Part shown: positions 24,743 through 34,702 of the stretch, in pieces
How positions within the stretch are numbered: the stretch's first letter is position 1
How the letters are laid out: every line of letters begins with the position of its first letter
Origin: Basidiobolus meristosporus CBS 931.73
Taxonomy: Eukaryota > Fungi > Basidiobolomycota
DNA length: 36,539 nt
Reading direction: 5' to 3'
NCBI GenBank assembly: GCA_002104905.1
Contig: MCFE01000783.1
Span: forward strand, 1-36,539
The notes under the pieces: generated by a model
Database searches by the model: none
Told to the model about the DNA's origin: nothing
Seen by the model: the letters and a program-made list of their open reading frames with translations, nothing else
Made by a program: the position numbers and the translations under genes

Positions 24743-24751
24743 GAGTGGGAG
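24743..24751 (+). promoter_or_regulatory. Polypurine tract
   Basis: GAGTGGGAG immediately before the TGTTG start of the 3' LTR. Confidence 0.8.
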
Positions 24752-25100
24752 TGTTGTAAGAATTTGGAATTCCACCTAAATATTCACCTAACTTAGTCAT
24801 TTAGATCATTACCTTCAAATCCTAGAGAATACTGACCAAATTCCTTGTTGGGATTTACTTCAAATATTTTCACCAAAATACCAGATACCCAAAAGATGAA
24901 AATTCTCAAAGTTGTCCAAACAGCCCTAAACTTTGCACACATGTTCTTGGGACCTCTCTTAACCTACTCTACAAGTTTGTTATGCCAAGACCATGTAATA
25001 GTATAAATACTATGTTTACATTCAATAAATCATTAAGTGAAACCCACATAATCTACTTGTTCTCCCAATCACTTCCAATATCTCCAAGACTCTTACAACA
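24752..25100 (+). repeat. 3' LTR
   Basis: Perfect 10-bp inverted termini TGTTGTAAGA...TCTTACAACA. Confidence 0.9.
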
Positions 25101-25439
25101 CCATCAAGACTCCTTCATTGGAGTTATGGACTAATGGAACAACAACCACAAGGCTGCTGTACTTCTTCAAGAGCAGTGCTGGCAAAAATGTACTTGAATA
25201 CTGCAAGAAGCCATTGAAAAGTCTGACAAAAATGGTTCTAGATGCTGCACTGCGCATTAAAGTGGGTGAAAAGGCAGATAACCAATCAAAAGTCACCTAC
25301 CAAATGTGGTGCTGAAAAATCCTGATCAGGACTTTGGGAAATCTTAGGTGCAACTTTTTCCAATGGTTTTCACAGTGTGCTGACTGCATCTATACCTCTT
25401 GGTCTCAGGATTTAAGCTTTGGGACAGCCTTTTGATCAT

Positions 25440-25891
25440 ATCATCATAATTACTCTCATTTGGTATTTGCAGATGTATTAACCAAACCATTAGCTAGACA
25501 CAAACTTAAGCACCTTAGATAAAAGCTGACCCAGTTCAGTGAGTATTGTCATATGGGAGTGTTGTGAATATTGTATTAGCATCCAAGTACCCACTTAACT
25601 TGGTCACTTAGAATACAGCTTACAGATCCTTGAGAAATCAAGTAAGTCACTTGTTGAGAATTACTTTGACTATTTACCACAGTATCTTATTCTCAGGAAA
25701 TCTCAACTATGCCCAAATAGCCCCAAATGTTGCACCCATGCTATTTGGAACTTTCTGACTATTCTCTACATGTTTTTTCCAAATGTATACAAAAGTGTAA
25801 GTATAACTTTCACATTCAATCCATCCACAAGTAAAATCATAGGATCCACTTGTTTATAATTACTTGTAAAGCCTCCAGAAATCCTGTAACA
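25440..25891 (+). mobile_element. 3' end of an older copia: RNase H tail, PPT and LTR (25560-25891)
   Basis: gcagatgtattaaccaaaccattagctaga (ADVLTKPLAR), then atgggag|TGTTGTG...CTGTAACA. Confidence 0.75.
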
Positions 25892-26806
25892 TTACTTTGA
25901 TTCACAGAAAAGCATCACTGGCAATATTCAATCCCCCAAAACCTTGCAAATCTTCTCCTCTACCAAGAAGAGCTTAATATCACACAGTGCACTATCACCC
26001 AAGAAACAAAGTTTCAGTTAGGTTGTTTACTCTGAAGACTCAATACTTAAAGCTAACTTTTTGATTTTACTTCATGAGAAGTGATTATGATGATCCCATC
26101 AAAAGACCATTTTAAATTAAAATCCCATGATTAAGAGGTATTGATCCCATCAAGACACTGTGCAAAGACCATAAAAAAATAATTGCACCCCATATTTCAC
26201 AAAAAAATTGATCAATATACTTCATCACAGCAATATATAAGTGGCTTTTGTTTAGTTTAGTCTTAGTAATATTATATATACTGCTAGAATAATTGATTTA
26301 TCATACTAGTAGCTTTCCTCCCCCCCTTAAGGCATAGAGCCAATCAAAAGTAACTGAATGATCTTTAGAGTGAAAAAGCTTGATGAAACTTATTGTGTTT
26401 CAAGGGTACAATTGCTTTCCAATGGCTTTTATACAATGTCCTGATGACACTGATACCACTGAGTCAAGAGATCTCAGTATTGTGTCAGCCATTTGACAGG
26501 ACAATCACATTATTTTTCATGGGGAATACCTTCTGGGTGCCTGTGGGTTTCTTCCCTACTTCATCAGATTACCGGAGTTTACAAATAGGCTCTATTGCAG
26601 ACACTACCAGCATCAGAACCCCATATCAGGTGGAGGCCATCCAACCACCACACCAGCCCCAAGTCTTGTTGGAGAATAACCTTGATACTGCCAGATAGAG
26701 CAACTCACACAACACACTCAAGACTCCAAGGCCCATTACTTAACTATGCTTCATTCATCTCCACCGTGTGAAGGAAATAATATTTATGTGGTGAATGTGA
26801 GACACT

Positions 26807-26833
26807 GGGGGGGTAATATATATATATATATAT
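26807..26833. repeat. G7 run followed by (TA)8 microsatellite
   Basis: gggggggtaatatatatatatatatat read directly. Confidence 0.9.
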
Positions 26834-27020
26834 CACACGCATTGGTGGAGAATGTAAGAAGATTGACAACGCACACAGATAAAGATGCGGTAATATAGAT
26901 CATCACCACAGCTATTCCATGTAAACAACTAGATTCATCCACTGTTGCATGTTGATATGCAGTGATGATTCATACACTACTACACGCTGATATGTAGTGA
27001 CGAGCTCCGTAAGGTGAGCA

Positions 27021-27027
27021 TATAAAA
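27021..27027 (+). promoter_or_regulatory. TATA box candidate
   Basis: TATAAAA 33 nt before the ATG at 27054. Confidence 0.45.
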
Positions 27028-27053
27028 GCGAATTCACAGGGCTTGAAACAGTG

Positions 27054-28785
27054 ATGGCTACCCTATTGTTTAGCAGCCACCAAAAGCGGGAGCGTTTGTT
27101 GCTTCGTAGGTACTATCCACGCCATTTGAGTTTCTTGGTCCGAGGGGCAAGAGATACTCTCCAGGCAATGTGCTTATTTGAGAGCTTGGTCACCTCAGGC
27201 ACACCCAATGGACACCATCAATTTGATGCCCATTGTGGGGACAGTGCCTGTCAGATACGGCCACTGATGTTCCTGGAAATTCTTCAAGCGTACAAGAGCC
27301 AGCTTACCTTCGAGTTTGGAGTAGTGAAAGGGGTCTTAGGCAGCGTGATAGACCGTGCTCTTCACATTCATCAATGCCTAACCAACAGCAACGTTAGCCC
27401 CGCAAAGACCAATGGACTCAGTCCGCGTCATGAGACGTACAATTCCTTCTATGCCAAAACCGGCCTTGACATATGGTTCACTCACGACATACAAACCAGC
27501 CACGGCCCAGCTCAATTGGTTGACGACCCGTTTGCTGAAGGGGAAGCTCTCCTCAAGGACCAGCAACTGCCCATATGGGACGTTGGGAATCCACTCCAGG
27601 TGACCCAATTTCTCGTCTACGCCTATTTGCTGTCCCGATTCAAGACACGTATCTACGATCCCAAAAGCAGTAAGTTCGTCTATCGCGTGTCTCACCGGTC
27701 AGCATTTGACTACTACCAGAGCCGAGATGGCGATGTGTCTTGCAGCTCTCCATATCGGGTCCCAGACGACGGGCCCAGCCATGTGAGCAAGGAGTCCTCC
27801 AGTATGCAAGTCTGGATGTCGAAGCTAACCTGCAGCTTTCTTTTCCACCTGTGCTCAAAGCTCCGGATGCCCGACGCGGTAGAAGGGTAGGTCCCGGTTA
27901 TATCCGGTGTGGTAATCGCGTCAACTTTTATTCTTGATAGAATACTCAAGGAGACCATTATTCAATCACCCCGCGGAATCACTGCTGCCCCAACCTTCCT
28001 AACATTCCCATTGATCCGGGAAGGTTGGATAGCAATGAAGGCCCCTGTCTTCTTGGTGGTGCAGCGTTTCTGTAGAAATGGTAGTAAGTTGCATGCACTG
28101 TGTTTTGCTCATCCTCAATAACCCACTCGACGAAGGCTACCACGTCAACTTCTTTGCTGTTGAATCCGCGCAGGCCGAGCCCTTATCGCAACCTCGGGAC
28201 GACGCCTGCTCTCTGTATACTCGGCTGTTTGGAATTGGAAGCCAGTTTAGGGCCCACTTGCTGGATCATTCATTGTTCACCGAGCAAGGTGGTAAGTCGC
28301 AAAGGGACATGGCAGTGCACTCCGTGGACGAACCACATATCTGCGTGGTAGCTAGCTCAGTAGATGGATCCATCCAGGACCTTATTTCCTATACTATGGA
28401 TGTTGAGCACCGCGGGGCGCTTCATGAAGATCCACAATGTGCAGAGAACGAAGAGTGTATCGAGAGCGTATTAGCGAATGACTTCAACCAGACTTGCCTG
28501 ATGTTTTTTGCTCAGCATGGGGATTACCCATTCGCTGCTGACAATAAATCTGATATGGCGCCTCTAGCAGAGTCCTTCAGTAGGTATGGTTATGGCCATC
28601 TTAATCGGATTCGACAAAACTGGAAAAGTCGTGCGGATTTCCTGGGGATTGGGAGGAACTCCATGTGTCTATATTCCCTAGCCCATTTCTTCCTGGGCAA
28701 TCCGAGAGATGTTGTCACCATTTATGAACGCCAGAAGGGATCGAACTCTCGGTTGGTGCTACCAGGATTCTTAGAGGATCTATGA
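27054..28785 (+). CDS. Multi-exon gene of unknown function; exon structure uncertain
   Basis: Intron 28084-28135 (GTAAGT...AAG) joins the 27909 and 28078 ORFs in frame. Intron 27887-27940 (GTAGGT...TAG, 54 nt) removes the TAG ending the first ORF, in frame. Further candidates: 27783-27835 (GTGAGC...GCTAAC...CAG) and a donor GTAAGT at 27670. Confidence 0.65.
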
Positions 28786-29385
28786 TAGTAGCATGCTGTG
28801 CAGTAGCCCTGACTGTGTTTACTCTGCCGTATCGCTGCATACTATGTGAATGATTCTGGTGCTACCTAGATTTTACACAAACAGTCCTGTTATCCAACAA
28901 TGCTGATGGATCTTCACTTGTATGTATTAAACAGTCATTGCTTAGCGTTCGAAGGCATGCTTATCCATTGCCACCTGGCAGAATATCTCAAAGTTTCTGG
29001 GCACATATTTGAAGGACACTAATGAACACCACGAACACTACTTTAGCTTGTTTACCAGGACCCTTAGACAGTACAACCACAACTTTTCAAGCAAAAATCA
29101 CCTCATCTGGTTAATCACTTGCAATAGCGCAACATCACTTAGAATGCACTGAATACTCACCAGGAGAGGGTAGGGGTTGTCATGCCATCGACAAGTATGG
29201 CCGCTGAGAAGCCTCTTTTCTTCCGTATCTCCTCATTTGAATCATATTCCAACTAGAATCGGTGCTCCTACACAGTATGATATGATCTTGAGGGGAAGGG
29301 AATTCCAGAACAATGATCGGTAGTGTGAATCTTCTTATTGCCAAATATAGAATGTTGACCCACAGACAGGGTGGATCTATATAGC

Positions 29386-29500
29386 CATGATTCCCATGTA
29401 TACAGGTGCAAGATCCCCATATATACAGGTGCATGATTCCCATATCTGTACATGTGCAATTCCCGTATCTATGATTCCCATATCTATACACCCATATCCC
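29386..29500. repeat. Degenerate minisatellite, unit of about 23 bp (catgattcccatatatacaggtg)
   Basis: Units start at 29386, 29409 and 29432, followed by partial copies. Confidence 0.8.
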
Positions 29501-29690
29501 ATCCCCAAATAGCCAACCATTACCGCATTCCGAGTAAGGCTTATCCGACCATTTTCCATTATACTTTTCGTTGGGCTACTGATATGCTCTGGAATGTAAA
29601 CACGCTTGCTATGAAGCTAGATGCTTTACCACGTATTGAAGCCCCAGAGAGGATTGATCCATCATATGTATCTTTATTGGAATCAGCAGA

Positions 29691-30893
29691 TTAGACTAGA
29701 ATTGTGGCTGTGACAGCAGGCGCGGTTATCGTAGGCTGCACCGTCTCGAAGACGGTAAAGCCCTGGGCCTCAACTGTTGAATGCGTAACAGTGGTGGTGC
29801 GTTGGTGCAGCAGATCTGTGACAGTTTCTACCTCATTCATGGTCTGAAACTCGGTTTCCATACCCGCAGATGGCGCGAACGTCACGGTCTCGGTTTTTGT
29901 TCCGCGTACTATCTGAGTCTGTACGGTGGTGTCAAGCAACGTCTCCAATCTGGTAACAGTAGGCTCGAATCTATTGGTGTGCCATTGTTTTTTGGTTGTG
30001 GTCGTAGTGACGGGGGAGTCGGTGAACCGCTTGTAGCCAACATACGTTTCCACCACCGTGACAGTATGCTTGCCGTGCATTGGAGGTGGGTTTTCTTGAG
30101 GTGGTACCATGTTACTTGCATTGATATGCATCTGCGGATAATACATCCAACCGTTCTTGTCTGGCGGCCCCGTCCCATCCAATTTGAGCATGATCCCATT
30201 TCCTTCATCCAACGGTACAGCATCAGCATAGTAGTGCGGATGGACAACGTTGGCGTTGTTAAACGGAGAAATGCTTGCAGCGGGATACCATCTTTCATCC
30301 CCCTCGTATCTGAAGTGCTGGTTGGTGTAGATTCCTCTTCTCTCCAGATTATCATTGGTCTCCCAGTTCTCCAGAAATTGGAACACGCTCTCCAAACCAA
30401 CTTGTCCATAGTTGGGGGCGACTATTTGAGCTATCAATTTCCAATGATTGTTGGTGAACAAATAGCTGTGAAATATCTCGTTTGTTCCGTTGAAATCCAC
30501 TTCGAGCTTGAAGTCGTATTTCACTCCAGTCCTCCAAGCATGCCCTGGGATAAGCACATGTGCCATGGCACCTTCGGGGCAATTCTCCTCGCATTGGGAG
30601 ATCTCGCCGTGAGGAATAGAACGCTCAATTGCTGGAGATTTGCTCCCATCGTTCCATTCAGACATGATTAGTATGTGTGATCCATCGGAACCCTTTTGGA
30701 CGCCATAGTAACCGAGATGCCAGCCAGCTACACACCAATAGGTCGTGGGTGGGTCAAACCCAGTGGGGATCTCTAGGCTTGAATAAAAGCCGGTGATCTT
30801 CTTGTTCTGACTGGGGTTCACCCACATGTCTATGGCATCGGCATTGATGCCTACGGAAAACGTAAGCAAGATGAGGGAGAAAAAAAGCCACAT
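29691..30893 (-). CDS. Secreted 400-aa DUF3472-like protein with a Thr-rich C-terminal tail
   Basis: ATG at 30893 (the track uses an upstream GTG). Signal MWLFFSLILLTFSVGINA. Motifs TYWCVAGW..GYYGVQ, ILIMSEW, WRTGVKYDF, LIAQIVAP, QFLENW and RRGIYTNQ follow the DUF3472 pattern as I recall it. Intronless. TATATAAA at 30924-30931. Confidence 0.8.
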   Translation of the reverse strand: MWLFFSLILLTFSVGINADAIDMWVNPSQNKKITGFYSSLEIPTGFDPPTTYWCVAGWHLGYYGVQKGSDGSHILIMSEWNDGSKSPAIERSIPHGEISQCEENCPEGAMAHVLIPGHAWRTGVKYDFKLEVDFNGTNEIFHSYLFTNNHWKLIAQIVAPNYGQVGLESVFQFLENWETNDNLERRGIYTNQHFRYEGDERWYPAASISPFNNANVVHPHYYADAVPLDEGNGIMLKLDGTGPPDKNGWMYYPQMHINASNMVPPQENPPPMHGKHTVTVVETYVGYKRFTDSPVTTTTTKKQWHTNRFEPTVTRLETLLDTTVQTQIVRGTKTETVTFAPSAGMETEFQTMNEVETVTDLLHQRTTTVTHSTVEAQGFTVFETVQPTITAPAVTATILV

Positions 30894-31687
30894 CTTTGCA
30901 TGCACCCGTAGCACTCCAAGACATTTATATAGCGATCAACGACGCTTTCCCCCAATTTATCTGATCGATTCGTTCGCTTGGTCCTATAAACTATGGTTCA
31001 GTCCATTAGATTATCCTTTAAAAGCCATGTTCCAATTAACGCTGGTTGGTGTGATCGTCTCGAGTATGGCATTATGGTGAGTACAATGAATATAGGAAAG
31101 AGCGTTAAACCATTGTAAAATTATTGTGCCATGGATGCATTCGATGGAAATCCCACTCCAATTGTGCTCCAAAGCGATTGGTGGGATTAGTACCGGCGAC
31201 ACATTAGAGTTTGGAATGTGTCAGTGCTAACTCGGATATAGAAATTCACCAAGTCCTTGCTTCTTTTTATTGCCCCAAAGATACGAACGATGTACTTGTC
31301 AATGTTAAGCCACCACGAGCTCAATATATTGACTGGCAAATATCATGCAAATCTGCTAGTACTTCCCAAAACCTTGCTACAGCATCTGCTTATCTACGAA
31401 TAACGAAGCCCATATCGATGATGCTAATAGTTCCTGGGCACTCTCATCCTACAGTGCTTTCATTCATACGAGTTACCCCTTTGTATTGATGGATATTCAC
31501 ATGTGCAGCCACTCAAAATAGCATCAAACTACCATGCGTGCCTTACCATAAGCACGTTACCCCAACCCATATTTCGGCATATCATTCTCGAATAGGTACT
31601 ATTTGCTAACGCTAGATAGATTATGCGGCCAATAGAATATATTTAAGCTTCCCGAAAGAAATTATGCTGCTATCTCTCTTAATAGCC

Positions 31688-33140
31688 ATGTCCCTGCTCA
31701 GCGTTGTCACTTTACTGCTGGCCTGCGGGTTCCTGGGCTCTCTTGCCAAGCAAGTCGATCGTAACAGCACGCAAGGTAAAGAGTCCCGCCGAAACACTTT
31801 CTGACCTGTCCTTTGACATTTCCCTTGATACAGTGTTCACAGTCGAATATCATTCGGACCACAAATATGTACATAACAGAATCACCAACCAAACTTTTGT
31901 CCTGTACCAACGTGGCACTCCGAAGCCACAGCCGGCAAGCCCACGCGATCTTTTCTTCGAAGTCCCGCTCAACGGAATAGGCGTGAAGAGCTTAAGCGCA
32001 CTCCCATTTATTGAGGTGAGTGCTGATACGTCCTCTACCACCACTGGATTTCAGCTGAGTTACTTCGTTTAGATGTTTGGACTACGTGATCGGATTGCGT
32101 ATGTTGGGTGGGCGCATTCCGCTCCATCTTCCTGCATACAAAGGCTCTATCGCGATAGAAAGATCTCTTCATTTCCTCAAGACTTTCTCTACTCGATGAA
32201 CACAGTGGACGATTATCCAACCTTCGGCGAATCCAGTTTTGAAGAAAAGACCATCCGAACTCAGCTTTCGGAAGACTCGGATGTTCAGGAATCGGCCGAA
32301 TGGTTGAGATTTTACGCAACCTTCTTCAACTTGGAGGAGAAGGCTGCTGTGATCGCCAGAGATATGATGCACAACTACCATTGTATCAAGGAGAGGGCTG
32401 CAACGAACGCTAAGTATCCTAAACCAGTGATTGCTTGGACGGGGGTTTTCGAAAGAAACGGTGAAACCTATATCGAAATCTCTATGACCCCATACAAAGT
32501 AAACCTGACAACTGATGCTGGTGCTACCATGATCGATATAGACTCCATTCATGCTACTCAGAAAAACAACAGCAGGACTACGTATGGTTATGCGGCAGTG
32601 GATCTGCAGAGAATGGCCGAGGGTAGCCTCAGTTTTACTGATATGGAGCCTACGAACGTCTACCATCCTGAACGGACAGCTAGTTTATTTGCATATAAGA
32701 TAGCCGATGCTCGTGAGGTCCTTAAAGATGTGGACATTCTAATCGATGAAACTAGCCATGACCTCGGTAGGTTCGGTCGTCTTACCTTCGGCCGTAGTCT
32801 AACTGCTGAGAACGTTCTAAATTTCTACCGTTTGAATGAGTCCGACACACAGCTCAATTTTATCAAGAACAAGGCAATCTTCCGTGAAGACCGGTCCTCC
32901 GGATGGGGTACCTATGCTACGGCCATGCCGGATGCTGCCCTGGAGGATGTTGTGAACGTGGTCCACCCAGGCTTTAATCAATTTCACTGGATGCGGAATG
33001 TCTACAGTGACCAAGAAGTGATTGGCGTCCGCTCCACAAGTTGCGAAGACCCTGAAGCAAAACTAGCAAATCCTGCAACCATTTGCCACGAGCCAAATGG
33101 ATTTGTCATCGGTTCACCAAGACAACTTCCCTTGCAATGA
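31688..33140 (+). CDS. Secreted 445-aa helical-backbone (BtuF/TroA-type, CBA1-like) substrate-binding protein; exons 31688-31775, 31834-32015, 32073-33140
   Basis: Signal MSLLSVVTLLLACGFLGSLA. Introns of 58 nt (GTAAAG..CTGAC..CAG) and 57 nt (GTGAGT..TAG) splice in frame. Motifs LPFIEMFGLRDRIAYV, AEWLRFYATFFNLE, NYHCIK..PKPVIAW, VDILIDET, IKNKAIFR and PDAALEDVVNVVHP match class III binding proteins. Confidence 0.85.
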
Positions 33141-33655
33141 GGTATGTTAGTAACAGATGTGGCCCTTGAGCGATAAGTCTAGCAAACGAATGAAAGATGC
33201 GAACCTTAAAAGCAAGTGATGATCCAAATCAAACAGATGCCATCTAGTAGAATACATACACTAAGCAGCACGCTGATGTTGGTCAAGAATAAACTTTCCT
33301 TATTGGCTCACTATCAACTAGATATATTTCATGCTAGACTGCTGGCTTCAAATTCATCATTGTTGAGAGCAGAGCATGTATTCATATTAATATCTCATGG
33401 TCAGAATAATATATAAAGCCAGAAATTTGACTGTAGATTTATAAGATACGTGACCAAGTAGTGTGATGCGAGATTTCAACTGGCTCGAAGCTCTTAGGGA
33501 TGCTACAATGTTACTGTATAGGAGAACTCGCACCTTGGATATTTTGGACTTGAGATCTCCAAGTAACATCACTGCTGAATCAATTTGAAAGCACAAGCAC
33601 TGTAAGAGAATATTGGTGGGGGTGGAGTGGACGTTAAATCGAAACTACTAGACAC

Positions 33656-33865
33656 TTGAGCTTTCAAAGAACGTTGGGCACTCTCGCACATGGCGCGATT
33701 GTTGGTGGTTGCATAGCTGGGAATCCTTGTGTGTATGCTGTTGGTTATAACGGAGATGGACTGTTTAGATGTGTCGTGGATACCAACGGAGGCGAGACCT
33801 GGGTGAAAATCCACTACTTTCCAGTCATGATGTCAGCTGTTCGGAGGCAAATTGTGATGTATTGA
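33656..33865 (+). other. Short ORF with an Asp-box/BNR-like motif, possibly a gene relic
   Basis: VYAVGYNGDGLFRCVVDTNGGETWVKI resembles the S/T-x-D-x-G-x-T-W repeat. There is only one copy and no ATG start. Confidence 0.3.
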
Positions 33866-33958
33866 TTTAGGGAGTTATCACTGGCCGTAACCTAGTATAA
33901 AGCTCTTAGAAACGGCAATCTCAGTCGCAATTTTGTGTACTAATGTACTCTCTCCCCT

Positions 33959-34702
33959 ATGACATCATCCCCAATACAAGTCCCTGGTGCGGACCTCCAT
34001 TACAATACAGTTGGAGAGAGGACCTTCTTGTCCTTATTCTAGGCGCTAACGGTGAAGCGGGAATATTCCAAGGTCTAGCCGAGCATCACTATACTGTAGT
34101 GACCTACGACCAACGTGGGTACTCCCGTAGTTTGCTCAAGACCACGGAAGAAAACGAAACGGTAGACTCACATGATACTAGTCGCTTGATAACCGACGCC
34201 AAGGACGCTCATTTGCTTATCCAGCATCTGGGTAGCCAGCCCGCATATGTGTTTGGAAGTAGTTCCAGCACCATCGTGACTTTGCAACTCGGCAAAGATT
34301 ACCCTGATAGCATACACACTGTCATAGTACACGAGTCACCAGTGTTGATGCAGCTTCCAGACAGTTAACACTGGGTGGATTATTTCGTGAGGGTATACGT
34401 CGCTTACAAGACGTCTGGCATGCCTGCTGCAATGAAGCTGTTTCTCAATGGAACGATCGATGACAACCACTGATCCCACTGCTGTGACCAATTCCAAATA
34501 CAGGATCAAGCGTGAGACGCACCAGTACTCCAGCGTGAATCTCGACCTTGTTATGCTGTCCAAACGCTCCGAGAAGTTTGTTCTAGCGTGCGGCCACGAC
34601 TTCCCAGTGAAGATGATTTATGCAGTGAGCGAGGCCCTCTCGAAAAGCCTAGATAAGGAGATCCTGGAGTTTCCTGAGTGCCATCTTGGATGTGTCCAAT
34701 AA
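33959..34702 (+). pseudogene. Alpha/beta-hydrolase pseudogene, bacterial YraK-like type
   Basis: ATG 33959 gives MTSSPIQVPGADLHYNTVG, then a frameshift near 34015-34025 into LLVLILGANGEAGIF...YTVVTYDQRGYSRS...AYVFGSSS...HESP. TAA at 34366, a second frameshift near 34455, and C-terminal LVLACG...EILEFPECHLG. Confidence 0.85.

Larger units (their letters stand above)
16449..25100 (+). mobile_element. Ty1/copia retrotransposon, disrupted and possibly chimeric
   Basis: 349-bp LTRs at 16449-16797 and 24752-25100 (about 23 mismatches by eye). PBS, gag-PR-IN, RT-RH and PPT are in copia order. Flanks ATTTT and CCATC do not form a target-site duplication. Confidence 0.9.

Noticed and set aside
26318-26332. 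C-run plus TTAA as a piggyBac or Harbinger end, paired with G7 at 26807
   Set aside because: The orientation is wrong for piggyBac, and no extended inverted repeat or matching TSD was found.
9900-26800. Classic RIP (CpA to TpA)
   Set aside because: CA and TG are plentiful. The missing dinucleotide is CG.
29386-29500. CRISPR-like repeat array
   Set aside because: The units are contiguous with no unique spacers, the context is eukaryotic, and there are no cas genes.
29781-30671. 296-aa plus-strand ORF
   Set aside because: Antisense to the DUF3472-like gene, with a TTG start and no recognisable composition or motifs.
31211-31489. 92-aa ORF between the divergent genes
   Set aside because: No ATG start, signal peptide or motif. 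It cannot be supported as coding.
31704-32072. Stand-alone 122-aa ORF
   Set aside because: It is exon 2 of the CBA1-like gene plus read-through of both flanking introns.
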